Notes: a model not told the origin generated them from the letters alone. 64,000 nt of DNA from an uncultured Gammaproteobacteria bacterium (GCA_964195905.1 CAXMQV010000058.1:21865-85864), one strand, 5' to 3'; counted from the stretch's first letter, positions 1 through 11,564 are shown. Program-made: numbers and translations.

Positions 1-110
1 GCCCGCAGGCGGCGGCGGCAAGGGATACAACGGCGAGGAACACGACTGAGGAACGAAGCATCTACGCAAGGATGGTGCACGGGTCGTCGTGACCCAACCC
101 GGACTCCTGC

Positions 111-716
111 CTAGGCCGCCGCGCTCAGAGTGGCGATGCTGAACAACACATGGAAGCGCTTGCAATAGACGACGACGCTTCCATCAAGCGGGATCTTGTA
201 TCCGGCCGGGACCTCGTAGGTCTGATTGCCAAGGTTGCCCTTGAGGCGCCCGAGGGTTTCGGAACCGGCTGCGCCGACCTCGTCGCTGGTCGCGGGCGAC
301 GCGACCGGCGAGATGTACACATGAAGGTCGGGGCCGTTGGTTACATCGAGGTTTTCGAGGCGGAGAACCCGGGAACCGTCGGTCAGTTCGTAGAACGTAG
401 CGGTGCCGCTTCCCTGATGGACGGAATCAACATCCTGAAAGGCACCCGTGGCCAGGATCACGGCGGTTTCCATCTCGTCGGTCATCGGCTCCTCGGCCGT
501 ATCCTCGACGATGGCAGCCTTCTCCATCTCCGCTTCCGCCTCGGCGATCTCCATGCCGGCTGGAAGCTCGGCCGTGACGGCGAACGGAAAATCCTCGTTG
601 ACCTCAGTGTCGAAGAAGAGCGGGGAAAGCAAGTACCAGGCGACGGCTAGAACCGGGACCGCCAGGACCGCGGCAACGGCCCACAGGCCGCGTCGCTTGT
701 AGAACGGCGTTGTCAT
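111..716 (-). CDS. DM13 domain protein, N-terminal membrane anchor
   Basis: N-terminal TM helix (LWAVAAVLAVPVLAVAWYLL), acidic linker, C-terminal block GSGTATFYELTDGSRVLRLENLDVTNGPDLHVYIS typical of DM13 electron-transfer domains. Confidence 0.55.
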   Translation of the reverse strand: MTTPFYKRRGLWAVAAVLAVPVLAVAWYLLSPLFFDTEVNEDFPFAVTAELPAGMEIAEAEAEMEKAAIVEDTAEEPMTDEMETAVILATGAFQDVDSVHQGSGTATFYELTDGSRVLRLENLDVTNGPDLHVYISPVASPATSDEVGAAGSETLGRLKGNLGNQTYEVPAGYKIPLDGSVVVYCKRFHVLFSIATLSAAA

Positions 717-775
717 AAGAGTGTCTCCCTTTCGGGAGAGTAACTCCTGTGGTCGGGATCGAGTTCCCGGCGCGC

Positions 776-1120
776 CTAGAGATCGTCGTCGTAGAAGCCC
801 CAGGCGACCACGGAATGATCATCGCCGAACTGAGCCGCAGCAGGGTGGTTGGTGGGGGCCAATGAACCGAGCTGAGCCTTGAGATTCTCTCGTTCGTCGA
901 CGAGGTGCGACAACTGATCCATGACGGCCGTTATGGCGGCTCGCACTGCGGTCAATTGGCGGCGAATCCGATCTTCGTCGGTGTAGGACGGGTGACGGCT
1001 TTGATGGTTGCGCAAATCCACGGTAAGGCCGGTCGTTTCAACCGTGGCGATGGGCAGTGGACCGGGAAGCGCGTCTGGATAGCTGGTACGGGGTCGGATC
1101 TGTCTCATAGGAACCTCCAC
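776..1120 (-). CDS. hypothetical protein (coiled-coil segment)
   Basis: 114-aa ORF in 60-bp spacing behind the DM13 gene on the same strand; no recognisable domain. Confidence 0.25.
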   Translation of the reverse strand: MEVPMRQIRPRTSYPDALPGPLPIATVETTGLTVDLRNHQSRHPSYTDEDRIRRQLTAVRAAITAVMDQLSHLVDERENLKAQLGSLAPTNHPAAAQFGDDHSVVAWGFYDDDL

Positions 1121-1226
1121 GTCGGCATCGCTGACGTGTTAGCCCGGTTCCCTTCCTGCCAATCAGCATGGCATAGGTGCCCGAATCCGTCCACTCGTCG
1201 GGACTCCCCGGCGGTATTGTGTCGCA

Positions 1227-2195
1227 ATGCGTGCGATACAAGTAGCGGCCACCGGGGGGAGCGACGTCCTCGAGTGGATCGAGCTTCCCGATCCGGTTGC
1301 CGGCAACGCCCAGGCGGTGGTGGCGCTCGAAGCCTGCGGAGTCAACTTCATCGACGTGTACCAACGCACCGGCCTCTATCCCGTTGCGCTTCCGTTTGTG
1401 ATCGGCCAGGAAGGGGCCGGGGTGATCACTGCCATCGACCCTGCTGCAGGGCTGTTCGAGGTTGGCGATCGAGTCGTCTTCACGGGAGTCCTCGGCGGCT
1501 ATGCCGAGCAGATTGTCGTGCCGGTCGAGGGTCTCGTGAAGGTGCCAGACGGCATCGGGACCGACACGGCAGCCGCCGTCATGCTCCAGGGCTTGACCGC
1601 CCATTACCTGGTACACGACACCTATCGCCTCGGTCCCGAGTCGCGCTGTCTCGTTCACGCCGGGGCCGGAGGGGTCGGCCAGTTGCTCATTCAAATGGCC
1701 AAGCAGCGTGGCGCCACTGTTTTCGCAACAGCCGGTACCGAAGACAAGGCGCGATTAGCACAACAGGCTGGAGCCGACCACGTCACCGTCTACACGCAAT
1801 CGGATTTTCGCGAAGAGATCGAAGCGGTGGTGGGGGAGCGGAGCCTCGACGTTGTCTACGACTCGGTCGGGCAGGCCACGTTCGAGGGTGGCCTCGAGCT
1901 GCTTGCTCCGCGGGGGATGATGGTGCTGTTCGGACAATCGAGCGGTCCGGTTGCTCCCTTCGACCTCGGGGCGCTTGGCCGAGGCGGCTCACTCTTTGTA
2001 ACCCGACCGCGACTCGGGGATTACATCAGCGGACGGGCCGAGCTGGTGGCTCGCTCGGGGGCGCTACTGGCGGCGGTGGGCGGCGGCCAGCTGGCGGTGC
2101 GGATCGGTGCCACGTTCCCACTGGCACAAGCCGGCGCTGCCCATGAGGCGCTCGAGGCACGCGCCACCACCGGCAAAGTTCTGCTCATTCCCTAG
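1227..2195 (+). CDS. qor: NADPH:quinone oxidoreductase (MDR/zeta-crystallin family)
   Basis: Full-length MDR fold: GxGxxG-like AGAGGVGQLLIQMAK Rossmann, N-terminal GroES-like domain, length 322 aa. Confidence 0.8.
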   Translation: MRAIQVAATGGSDVLEWIELPDPVAGNAQAVVALEACGVNFIDVYQRTGLYPVALPFVIGQEGAGVITAIDPAAGLFEVGDRVVFTGVLGGYAEQIVVPVEGLVKVPDGIGTDTAAAVMLQGLTAHYLVHDTYRLGPESRCLVHAGAGGVGQLLIQMAKQRGATVFATAGTEDKARLAQQAGADHVTVYTQSDFREEIEAVVGERSLDVVYDSVGQATFEGGLELLAPRGMMVLFGQSSGPVAPFDLGALGRGGSLFVTRPRLGDYISGRAELVARSGALLAAVGGGQLAVRIGATFPLAQAGAAHEALEARATTGKVLLIP

Positions 2196-3444
2196 CCGGG
2201 TGCGGGTCGATCCGGCGCTCGAGGGCGGCCAGCACGGGGAGCGGCTGTCCACTGAGGTACCGAATGAGCGCCCCGCCTGCGGTGCTCACGTAGTCGATGT
2301 CGGCGAGATCGATGAACCGGGCGGCACTGCTCACCGTGTCCCCGCCGCCGATGACCGTGAGACCGCTTGCCCCGGCCACCGCCGACCAGATGCGGGAAGT
2401 GCCATCGGCGCCGGCGGGGAGCTCGTAAACGCCGGGTGGTCCGTTCACGAACACCGTGGCGGCCTGCCCGATGATCTCCTCATAGCGGGCGATGGTCCGG
2501 GTCCCGATGTCGATGATGAGCTCGTCGACCGGAAGATCGGCCACCAGGACTTCGCGCCGTTCACCGTCTTGCTCGACCGCAACATCAGTCGGTACGAGGA
2601 TCGACTCGGGGAACAGTCCGAGGAGACGCCGGGCGGTTGGTATGAAGCTGTCGAGGCCCCGGTCGGCAATGAAGCGGTCGACCGCCGGTCCGAGCTCGTG
2701 GCCGGATGCGATGAGCATGATCTCGCCGGTCACCCCTCCGGTCAGAACCCGGTCGGCCGTCGCCTCGGTGAGGGCCCGTTCCAGCATTCCGAAAGCATCG
2801 CTGATCTTGAGACCTCCGAGCACGAACACACAGGGCGAGGCGGGCGCATCGGAAACCCTCTCGAGCATCTCAACTTCCTGGATGAGCAGGCGGCCGCCGG
2901 CCGACGGAAGAACCTCGGGAAAGGCCACGAGGGACGGTGCGCTCCGGTGAGCAGCGGCAAACGCATCGTTGACGTAGAGGTCGAAGAGAGGTGCCAGATT
3001 CCGGACCAGGTAGGTGTCGGTCATCTCCGGCGCGGTCAATCTGACCGTCGACTCGAACGAAGTCATCTCCTCGCTGTAGATGCGCACGTTCTCCAGCAGC
3101 AGAATCTCCCCGTCGGCTAGTTCCCTGATCCGTGCTCTGGCAGCGGGCCCGGCGCAGTCGTCGATGAACGAAACCGGCCTGGCCAGCTTCTCGGCCAGCT
3201 TGGTGGCGTGTTGATGGAGCGAACCGAAGTTCTCGTAGTCGAGGACGTCACCCTGATGGGCGAGGATGACGACTCTGGCGCCGGCATCCGCCAGATCACG
3301 AATGGTGGGGAGGCTCCTGTCGATGCGATTTTCGTTGACGATTTCCCTCGTCGCCGGGTGGAGTGGCGAGTTGATGTCGACCCGCACGAGCACCCGTTTG
3401 CCCCGAACCTCGAACTCGTCGAACGAGGCGATATCGGGCGGCAT
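2185..3444 (-). CDS. pgk: phosphoglycerate kinase, archaeal-type sequence signature
   Basis: RVDINSP ... ILAHQG N-terminal motifs, C-terminal VFVNGPPGVYE ... GGGDT nucleotide-binding motifs; 6 nt downstream of gap. Confidence 0.85.
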   Translation of the reverse strand: MPPDIASFDEFEVRGKRVLVRVDINSPLHPATREIVNENRIDRSLPTIRDLADAGARVVILAHQGDVLDYENFGSLHQHATKLAEKLARPVSFIDDCAGPAARARIRELADGEILLLENVRIYSEEMTSFESTVRLTAPEMTDTYLVRNLAPLFDLYVNDAFAAAHRSAPSLVAFPEVLPSAGGRLLIQEVEMLERVSDAPASPCVFVLGGLKISDAFGMLERALTEATADRVLTGGVTGEIMLIASGHELGPAVDRFIADRGLDSFIPTARRLLGLFPESILVPTDVAVEQDGERREVLVADLPVDELIIDIGTRTIARYEEIIGQAATVFVNGPPGVYELPAGADGTSRIWSAVAGASGLTVIGGGDTVSSAARFIDLADIDYVSTAGGALIRYLSGQPLPVLAALERRIDPHPARE

Positions 3445-3450
3445 CGCCGC

Positions 3451-4467
3451 TCAGACCAGCCCGAGGTAGGTGTTGGTGAGAGCGGTCGCTTCGGCGACCT
3501 CGGTCTGCATGGGGACCGAGGCACGAATGGCATCCATGGTCTCGGGGATCACGACCGACTCCTGGGGGATGTTGATCGCGAGCATGATGTCGTCGCCTGA
3601 CATGCCGATGGTCTCATCGAAGAGACCGATCTCATAGAGATCGCCGCGCGGTTTCCCGAGCATGCGACCGTACTGGAAGAGTGAGGTGTTCGAGTTGAAC
3701 CCGTCGGCGATCTTCACGACTCGCACCCGGGGGTCGTCTTCGAAGGCTCCGAGTACGGCATCCTTGGTCGCCCTCTCTTTCGGAGTGGCCACGATGGTGA
3801 TGATGTGGCCATGGGTTACCGGGGTATGGACGAGGAGGCCGGTGGCCTTGACCTGGGGCATGATCTCCATGAGGTCGACGGCCTGGTGGTTCGGGATCGG
3901 GTCCATCTCCAGGACGTCGACGAGCCCCCGATACGTGTCACCGGGATCGGCTACCCGGCGGATGATGGTGATGGCGACTCGCTCAACGCCAAACGCCCGG
4001 TCAAGACCGGCCACCGCCCGAATCAGACCCGAGGTATTGCATGAGGTGAGTTTGAGGAAGTCCTGGCCGACCCCTTTGGCGTAGTTGGCATTGTGGAAGA
4101 AGACGTCGGCGATCTTGCCGGATTCCCCGCCCTGGAAGACTGCCTTCAAGCCGTGCTCGACATACTTCTCTTTGTTCTTGGCGCCGATGCCGGCCCCGGT
4201 CGCGTCGAGCATGACGTCAACGCTGGTGAGGAGATCATCGAACTCGCCCGAGACCGGGATACCGGCGGCGGCGAGATCGGCGGCGGCCCCGGGGATGGCG
4301 GCGAAGAGGTTGTACGGCATCCCGCGCTCGGCGAGGGCCCGTATTCCGAGGGTCGGCTTGACGTCGGCGACGCCTACCAGCTCCATGTCGTCCTGGAGGT
4401 CGACGCCGTCGGCCAGACGCTGTCCGATGGTCCCGTATCCGGCGACACCGACTCGAACCTTTTCCAT
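3451..4467 (-). CDS. gap: glyceraldehyde-3-phosphate dehydrogenase, type II (archaeal-type)
   Basis: VAGYGTIGQR N-terminus, GIGAKN..KY.E.G.KA.FQGGE, catalytic TSCNTSGL, IRRVADP, DDPRV; collinear with archaeal class II GAPDH rather than bacterial GapA. Confidence 0.85.
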   Translation of the reverse strand: MEKVRVGVAGYGTIGQRLADGVDLQDDMELVGVADVKPTLGIRALAERGMPYNLFAAIPGAAADLAAAGIPVSGEFDDLLTSVDVMLDATGAGIGAKNKEKYVEHGLKAVFQGGESGKIADVFFHNANYAKGVGQDFLKLTSCNTSGLIRAVAGLDRAFGVERVAITIIRRVADPGDTYRGLVDVLEMDPIPNHQAVDLMEIMPQVKATGLLVHTPVTHGHIITIVATPKERATKDAVLGAFEDDPRVRVVKIADGFNSNTSLFQYGRMLGKPRGDLYEIGLFDETIGMSGDDIMLAINIPQESVVIPETMDAIRASVPMQTEVAEATALTNTYLGLV

Positions 4468-4541
4468 CTCATACCTCCTGGAATTGCGGGCCGCAGGAGG
4501 GCCCGCCGTGGTATCGCCAGGGTAGTGCCGCGCCGCCCCGG

Positions 4542-5552
<1,011 letters not shown>

Positions 5553-5620
5553 TTCTCGTTCCTTCTCTCGGCCAGGGTGGGAAGCCAAGAGAGTAGCGGA
5601 GCGATCGCCGCGACCGTCAG

Positions 5621-6262
5621 TCAGACCCGGTCGTGGGGAACCACGTACCAGAGAATCATGAGGAAGTGGAAGAGGCTTCCAAGCACGACCAGGATATGAA
5701 ACACCTCGTGGTGCGAGAAGATCCGGGGAAACAACTGGGGCCGCTCGTTTGCCAGCAATATCAGCCCGATGGTGTAGGAAAGCCCACCGGCGATCATGAG
5801 GAGGATGGCGCCGCCCGATAGCTGGTCGACGAGTTCCAGGAAGGGGACGATAGCGAACCAACCCATCGTGGTCTGAAGCGTGATCGAAATCCAGTCGGGC
5901 ACCTTGGGAAAGGCGATCTTCTGAATGATCCCGACCGCGGCGGCACCCCAGATGACGGTGAGGGTGATTGAGCGCCAGGCACCGTCGAGCACGTTGACGG
6001 CGATCGGGGTGTACGTTCCTGCCACCAGCACGAAGATCATCGAATGATCGACCCGCTGCATGCGCTTCTTCCACGTCTCGCGCCAGGGGACCGAGTGATA
6101 GAGGGCGCTGGCGGTATAGAGGCCCATCAGGCTGATACCGAAGATGATCATGCTCACGACCCGGGCGGCGTCGGGGGTCGATCGGATGATGAGAAGGGCC
6201 ATTCCGGCCGCCGACACCACTGCGGCGGACCCGTGGAGGAAGCCTCGCACGGGATTGGTCAT
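5621..6262 (-). CDS. hemolysin III / PAQR family channel protein
   Basis: 7-TM profile with conserved HxxxH...SALYH motifs; start taken at [11 protein letters not shown] (ATG 6262). Confidence 0.75.
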   Translation of the reverse strand: MTNPVRGFLHGSAAVVSAAGMALLIIRSTPDAARVVSMIIFGISLMGLYTASALYHSVPWRETWKKRMQRVDHSMIFVLVAGTYTPIAVNVLDGAWRSITLTVIWGAAAVGIIQKIAFPKVPDWISITLQTTMGWFAIVPFLELVDQLSGGAILLMIAGGLSYTIGLILLANERPQLFPRIFSHHEVFHILVVLGSLFHFLMILWYVVPHDRV

Positions 6263-6384
6263 CTTGCCGAGGCGAATCCTGTCAGTCACAACGGCACCAA
6301 GATACAGGAAATCAGGGTTTGGTCGTCGCGACGGCTTGGAAGACTGCCACCTACACTCAAGCGAACGTTGAGCCTGGGGGGCAT

Positions 6385-7314
6385 ATGCACGTTGTATTCG
6401 GAACCGGCGCATTGGGAGCGGCCGTCGTTGAAGAGCTGGTGGCCCGCGGCGAATCGGTCGCGGCGGTGAATCGCAGCGGCAGCAGTGACCTACCCGACGG
6501 CGTCGAAATCCGCGCTGGGGACGTCACCGACCATGCGTTCGCGAGGGACGCCGCCGCCGGAGCCGCCACCATCTATTTTGCTCTGAATCCTCCGTATCAC
6601 CAGTGGGCCGATCTGTTCCCGGGCCTGCAGGAGTCGGTTATCGAGGCGGCCATCGCCACCGGCGCCAAGCTGGTGGCGCTCGAGAACCTCTACCCGTACG
6701 GGGTGCCGCAAGCCGATTTCCTCACCGAGGGCCACCCGATGGCAGCCCATACCCGCAAGGGCCGTGTGCGCGCCCAGATGCACGAGCGGCTCATGCGAGC
6801 CCATGAAGCGGGCCAGCTGCGCGTGACGGCTGCCCGGCCTTCTGACTACTTCGGCCCTCGCACGGTCGCCTCGGCCGGCGACTTTCGAGTGTTCGGGCCT
6901 GCCATGGCGGGCAAGACTGTCCGGGTGCTCGGAGACCCGAATGCGCCTCACAGCTATACGTACACCGCCGACGTCGGCACGGCTCTGGCCGTGCTCGGGA
7001 CCGACGACCGGGCCGATGGCCAGGTGTGGCACGTTCCCAGTCCGCCCCCACTCACGGCAGCCGAGTTCGTCGGCCGGATCGCGGTGGCGGCCGGGACTTC
7101 GGCCAAGACTGCCAGCGTTCCGAAGGCATTGTTCCGGGTCATTGGAATGTTCAACAAGGCCGCCGGAGAGCTCGGTGAAATGATGTACGAGTTCGAACAG
7201 CCGTTCCGGATGGACAGCAGGAAGTTCGAGGACACCTTCGGGATCACCGCCACCCCGCTGGATACGGCGATTGAGGCGACGGTTGCCTGGTACCGGGCTC
7301 ACCCGCCCACATAG
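6385..7314 (+). CDS. NAD-dependent epimerase/dehydratase family (extended SDR) protein
   Basis: MHVVFGTGALGAAVVEELVARG Rossmann start at ATG 6385; ~310 aa atypical SDR. Confidence 0.7.
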   Translation: MHVVFGTGALGAAVVEELVARGESVAAVNRSGSSDLPDGVEIRAGDVTDHAFARDAAAGAATIYFALNPPYHQWADLFPGLQESVIEAAIATGAKLVALENLYPYGVPQADFLTEGHPMAAHTRKGRVRAQMHERLMRAHEAGQLRVTAARPSDYFGPRTVASAGDFRVFGPAMAGKTVRVLGDPNAPHSYTYTADVGTALAVLGTDDRADGQVWHVPSPPPLTAAEFVGRIAVAAGTSAKTASVPKALFRVIGMFNKAAGELGEMMYEFEQPFRMDSRKFEDTFGITATPLDTAIEATVAWYRAHPPT

Positions 7315-7370
7315 GGTGCGCACCGTTGCCCCGGCGCGCCGAGTGTCGAAAGGTCGAATAGTCTGACCGG

Positions 7371-7580
7371 ATGTGCAGAAGCATCAAGACACTCCGGAAT
7401 TCTGAAATGACCATCACAGACGAAGAGATCGAGGCGGCCGCCCTGCAATTCGTACGAAAGGTCTCTGGATACCGAAAGCCATCTCAGGCCAACGAGAAGA
7501 CTTTCAACCGGGCGGTCCGCGAGATCAGCCGTTCGAGCCGGAAACTGCTCGAGGATCTTGTCGTTCGGACCTCCGCTTAG
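7371..7580 (+). CDS. DUF2277-family small protein
   Basis: MCRSIKTLRN...DEEIEAAALQFVRKVSG...PSQANE N-terminus matches the conserved DUF2277 pattern of actinobacterial small proteins. Confidence 0.5.
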   Translation: MCRSIKTLRNSEMTITDEEIEAAALQFVRKVSGYRKPSQANEKTFNRAVREISRSSRKLLEDLVVRTSA

Positions 7581-8509
7581 CCATCACCTAGAACCTCGAG
7601 CACCTCGGCGGCGTAGTCGAGGCCGAAGCCACCGAGGATCTGCAGGTAGTAGCGGGTGATCCCGGCTTCGGCGACGGGACCAAAGGTGTCCCGGGCCTCT
7701 TCATGGGTGCCCATCGGGACCGCGATGGCCCGGCTCTGCGCCTCAAATCGGTCAACATCCACCCCACGGGCCGCCGCCAGGGATTCCAGTCTCCTTCGAT
7801 AGGTGGCGAAATCGGGGCCGATCACCGGGGGGGAGACGCTCGACAGCATGATTGAGGAAGGATGGCGTCCCGCCAGAACGGCAGCCTCGTTGGCTCGCTC
7901 GATGCGAACCGTCAGATCGGCCGCCGGGCGGGAGTAGATGTTGAATTCGTCCGCAAAGCGGCCGGCCAGCTCCGGCGTTCGACGGGGACCCGATCCGCCA
8001 ACCATGAGACGAAGGTTGGGAGCTTTTGGCTGATGGTCGATCGGTTCGAGCTGGTAGTGAGTCCCGGCGAACCCGTCGGCGCCGTCGTCGAGAGCCGCCC
8101 GGAGGTAGGCGAAAGCCTCTTCCAGCCGATCGAATCGTCCTGCCCAGTCGGGGAGCGGGAAGCCGAAGACCTCGTGCTCCGACTTCATCCAGCCGGTTCC
8201 GACCCCAAGCGTGAAACGTCCGGCGCTCATCTCGTCGATGGCCAACCCGAGTTTGAGGAGGGCGGCCGGGTGGCGGTATGTGATGGGGGACACGAGGGCA
8301 GCTATTTGCAGCTTCGACGTCTCGACGCTCAGGCCGCCCAGGTACGGGTAAATGTCGGCCGAACGCGTGTCGGGCCCGTCGCCGGTGGGGGAGCGGCCGG
8401 CCAGGTAGTGATCGGGGAGCGCGAAACACGCCAGCCCTCTGGCCTCGGCCCAGTGGGCGGCCGTCCGAACGTCGTCGTATGAGCCGCGGGTTTGGAGACC
8501 GAACTCCAC
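7577..8509 (-). CDS. LLM-class (luciferase-like) flavin/F420-dependent oxidoreductase
   Basis: MEFGLQT start, TIM-barrel LLM collinearity (PDHY, GVGTGW, RLMVGGSGPRRT). Confidence 0.75.
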   Translation of the reverse strand: MEFGLQTRGSYDDVRTAAHWAEARGLACFALPDHYLAGRSPTGDGPDTRSADIYPYLGGLSVETSKLQIAALVSPITYRHPAALLKLGLAIDEMSAGRFTLGVGTGWMKSEHEVFGFPLPDWAGRFDRLEEAFAYLRAALDDGADGFAGTHYQLEPIDHQPKAPNLRLMVGGSGPRRTPELAGRFADEFNIYSRPAADLTVRIERANEAAVLAGRHPSSIMLSSVSPPVIGPDFATYRRRLESLAAARGVDVDRFEAQSRAIAVPMGTHEEARDTFGPVAEAGITRYYLQILGGFGLDYAAEVLEVLGDG

Positions 8510-8510
8510 C

Positions 8511-9005
8511 TCAGTCGCGGAAGTTCACGTACTGGAGTGGGAGCCGGAAATCGAGTTCCCTGAGGAGGGCGATGACCTGCTGAAGGTCATCGCGTTTCTT
8601 GCCCTGGATGCGGAGCTGATTGCCCTGGATCTGCACCTGAACCTTCAGCTTGGAATCTCGCACCGTCTTGGACAGTTCCTTGGCAGCATCCTGAGCGATT
8701 CCTTGATTGAGTAGGAACCTCGCTTGATAGCGGCCGCCACCCACTTCCTTGGGGGTCCCGCCGCTGAGCGCTTTGAGAGAAACCTTGCGGCGGACCAGCT
8801 TCTCTTTCAGGACGTCGATGGCCGCCTCGAGCCGGTGATCGGTGGAGGATTCGACCACGATCTCGCTCTCGACGACGCTAATTGTCGAGTCGGTGCCGCG
8901 AAAGTCGTATCGGTTGGCCAGTTCGCGCGAAGCCTGGTCGACGGCGTTGGTTACCTCTTGGGGGTCTACTTCTGAAACGATGTCAAAGGTGGGCATGGAG
9001 GGCAC
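8511..9005 (-). CDS. yajQ: YajQ-family nucleotide-binding protein (UPF0234)
   Basis: MPSMPTFDIVSEVD...RYDFRG...QGNQLRIQGKKRDDLQ full-length YajQ pattern, 164 aa. Confidence 0.8.
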   Translation of the reverse strand: MPSMPTFDIVSEVDPQEVTNAVDQASRELANRYDFRGTDSTISVVESEIVVESSTDHRLEAAIDVLKEKLVRRKVSLKALSGGTPKEVGGGRYQARFLLNQGIAQDAAKELSKTVRDSKLKVQVQIQGNQLRIQGKKRDDLQQVIALLRELDFRLPLQYVNFRD

Positions 9006-9115
9006 ATTACTGCGTGGATCCGGCTGATCGGGATCGGGGGCGCGAATAGGGCACGCGATAGGCTTTGAACGATCGGGGGCGGTGACCCCTGAGATGCCGA
9101 CTTTGAGGACGAGGT

Positions 9116-10711
9116 ATGAGAACGCTCGATGATCTGAACATCAAACCCCGCGGGGAGGTCTACTGGGACTCACCGTCACCGCTCCTGTACGAGCACACGC
9201 TGGCGGCCGGCTTGGGAACTCTGGCCCACAAGGGCGCCCTCGTTGTCGACACCGTCCCGTACACCGGCCGGAGCCCAAAGGACAAATTCGTCGTTCGCTA
9301 CCCGGAGACCGAAGGTGAGATCTGGTGGGGCCCGATCAATCAGCCGATGGAGCCCGAGGTGTTCGATGCGCTTTACGCCAAGACCGCCGAGTACCTGTCG
9401 GGCCGTGACAAGCTCTACGTCCAGGACAACTACGCCGGAGCCGACCCGCAGTACAGCCTCGGAATCCGGGTGGTGACTGAGAGTGCCTGGCATGCCATGT
9501 TCGCTCGCAACATGTTCATCCTGCCCCGGGTCTTCACCCAGGGCGACGAGGTTCAGACGTTCTTCAATGCCGATTTCAGTGTCGTGCACGCGCCGTTCCT
9601 CCATGCCGATCCGGCGGTGGACGGGACCCGCAGCGAGGTCTTCATTTGTGTGAGCCTTGAGCGCAAGATCCTTCTCATCGGCGGATCCCGGTACGCCGGC
9701 GAGATGAAGAAGTCGGTGTTCTCGGTTATGAACTACCTGCTGCCCAAGTCCGGTGCGCTCAGCATGCACGCCTCGGGTTCCGTAGGTAAAGAGCGCGGCG
9801 ATACGGCCGTCATCTTCGGCCTGTCGGGAACGGGCAAGACGACACTCGCCACCGACCCGACCCGTCTCATGATCGGAGACGACGAGCTGGGGTGGGGTGA
9901 GTCCGGGGTCTTCAACATCGAGGGTGGGTCCTATGCCAAGACCATTCGCCTCAGCGTCGAAGACGAGCCCCTCATCCATGAGGCCGCCAATCTGTTCGAG
10001 TCGATCCTCGAGAACGTGGTGGTGCACGAGGACTCGCGCCGCCCCGACTTCGACGACGACACGAAGACGGAGAACACCCGCACCTCGTACCCGCTGGCCC
10101 ACCTTCCCAACATTGCCCCGCATTTCCGGGGAGGGCACGCCTCCAACATCGTGTTCCTGTCGGCCGACGCCTTCGGGGTGCTCCCCCCGATCGCCCGGCT
10201 CACGCGTGAGCAGGCTATGTATTACTTCGTGAGCGGGTACACGTCGAAGCTGGCGGGCACCGAGCGTGGCATCGTGGAGCCGGAGGCCACGTTCAGCCCG
10301 TGCTTCGGGGCCCCCTTCCTTCCGCTGCCGCCGGCCTATTACGCCGACGTCCTCAAGGACAAGATCAACGAGTTCGAGCCTGGTGTCTGGATGATCAACA
10401 CCGGGTGGTCGGGCGGTCCCTACGGGGTCGGATCACGAATCCGCATTCCCCATACCCGCGCCATGCTCAACGCTGCCCTGGCGGGTGATCTTGACGGTGC
10501 GGAGTTCAGGGAGGACCCGGTGTTCGGTCTCGAAGTGCCGACCGAGATCGCCGGGGTGCCGACCGAGATTCTCACTCCGCGTGATACCTGGGCCGACACC
10601 GATGCGTTCGACGCCCAGGTGCGCAAGCTGGCCGGAATGTTCCGGGATAACTTCATTCAGTACGCCGAGAACATGGACCCGGCCGTGATGGAGTCGGGTC
10701 CGCCCGGGTAG
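9116..10711 (+). CDS. pckA: phosphoenolpyruvate carboxykinase (ATP)
   Basis: [10 protein letters not shown] kinase-1a motif, 531 aa, collinear with ATP-PEPCK. Confidence 0.9.
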   Translation: MRTLDDLNIKPRGEVYWDSPSPLLYEHTLAAGLGTLAHKGALVVDTVPYTGRSPKDKFVVRYPETEGEIWWGPINQPMEPEVFDALYAKTAEYLSGRDKLYVQDNYAGADPQYSLGIRVVTESAWHAMFARNMFILPRVFTQGDEVQTFFNADFSVVHAPFLHADPAVDGTRSEVFICVSLERKILLIGGSRYAGEMKKSVFSVMNYLLPKSGALSMHASGSVGKERGDTAVIFGLSGTGKTTLATDPTRLMIGDDELGWGESGVFNIEGGSYAKTIRLSVEDEPLIHEAANLFESILENVVVHEDSRRPDFDDDTKTENTRTSYPLAHLPNIAPHFRGGHASNIVFLSADAFGVLPPIARLTREQAMYYFVSGYTSKLAGTERGIVEPEATFSPCFGAPFLPLPPAYYADVLKDKINEFEPGVWMINTGWSGGPYGVGSRIRIPHTRAMLNAALAGDLDGAEFREDPVFGLEVPTEIAGVPTEILTPRDTWADTDAFDAQVRKLAGMFRDNFIQYAENMDPAVMESGPPG

Positions 10712-10730
10712 GCGCTAGTGCGCTAGTCCG

Positions 10731-11483
10731 TCAGTCGAATTCGACGGTGACGGAGGGGTCGCGACGGTTGTCGTCACGCTCGTAGCGGTACTCGGGGTGA
10801 ATGAGATCGGTCACAGTGAAGGTGATCGAATCGGCGTCGACGGGTCCCGACTCGAAGATCACCTTCCCCCTCGGGCCCGTGAAGCCCTCGACCCGCTCAA
10901 CGTCTCCGGCGCTGAAGCGGCCGATGACCAGCACTCCAGGCTGGTTCTTGTCGTTGTCGTTCCGGATCTGTACTTCGATCTTCGCATAGGGGCCCGAGTC
11001 GTTCCGTTTCCTGTCGCCCGTTAGATCGTGGATATGAATCGTGTCGCGAGTGGCGAGGGTGGTTGTGGTCGTCGGCGGGACAGTCGTGCTGGTGGTAGTC
11101 GTCGACGGGATCGTGGTGGTTGTCGGGGGGACGGTCGTGGTGGTCGTAGTGGTGGTTGTCGTGGTGGTTGAGGGCCTGGTCGTGGCCGGCGACGGCGCGG
11201 TGGTGGTCGACGCCAGAGTGGTCGAGGATTCCTGGGGAGCAAGCGTGGTCGTGGTGACCCGAGGCGAGGTTCTTGTGGTGGTCTCCTCGACGGCTGCGAC
11301 TACCTCGGTTGGGGCCGATGATGTCGTGACCGTTCCGGCCAATACGCTGGGTGGCGGCCCGTCATCCTGGCTGGCACTGGCGGCCCATGCGACTCCGAAG
11401 AGGAGGGCCACGACGACCACACCCCAGCGGGCGCGCCGATTCACCGCATCGGCATACCGGTAGTCAGTGTCGTAGTCCCTCAC
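10731..11483 (-). CDS. signal-anchored Thr/Pro-rich protein with conserved ~95-aa C-terminal beta-domain (paralog 1)
   Basis: N-terminal stub + TM (RRARWGVVVVALLFGVAWAA), ~100-aa T/P/S linker, C-terminal domain ...GKVIFESGPVDADSITFTVTDLIHPEYRYE. Confidence 0.6.
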   Translation of the reverse strand: MRDYDTDYRYADAVNRRARWGVVVVALLFGVAWAASASQDDGPPPSVLAGTVTTSSAPTEVVAAVEETTTRTSPRVTTTTLAPQESSTTLASTTTAPSPATTRPSTTTTTTTTTTTTVPPTTTTIPSTTTTSTTVPPTTTTTLATRDTIHIHDLTGDRKRNDSGPYAKIEVQIRNDNDKNQPGVLVIGRFSAGDVERVEGFTGPRGKVIFESGPVDADSITFTVTDLIHPEYRYERDDNRRDPSVTVEFD

Positions 11484-11564
11484 CGTGTCCCGCCCAATTC
11501 ACCACTCGTTGTGGTTTGTGCCGCGAAGGGTAATCGACCCCAGGGTCTCTGCACTGGCTGATCG

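Noticed and set aside
905-2146. 413-aa plus-strand ORF overlapping qor and its antisense region, Arg/Gly/Pro-rich
   Set aside because: Composition typical of out-of-frame translation of GC-rich DNA. qor in the overlapping frame has a clear MDR fold.
2107-3120. 337-aa ORF antisense to pgk
   Set aside because: Antisense shadow ORF of a confidently identified gene. No domain.
5553-6074. 174-codon N-terminal extension of the ilvC ORF
   Set aside because: Arg/His-rich nonsense. The KARI start MAEMF with an AAGGAA RBS is at 5552, and the extension would overlap the hemolysin-III gene.
9176-10138. 320-aa ORF antisense to pckA
   Set aside because: Shadow ORF inside pckA.
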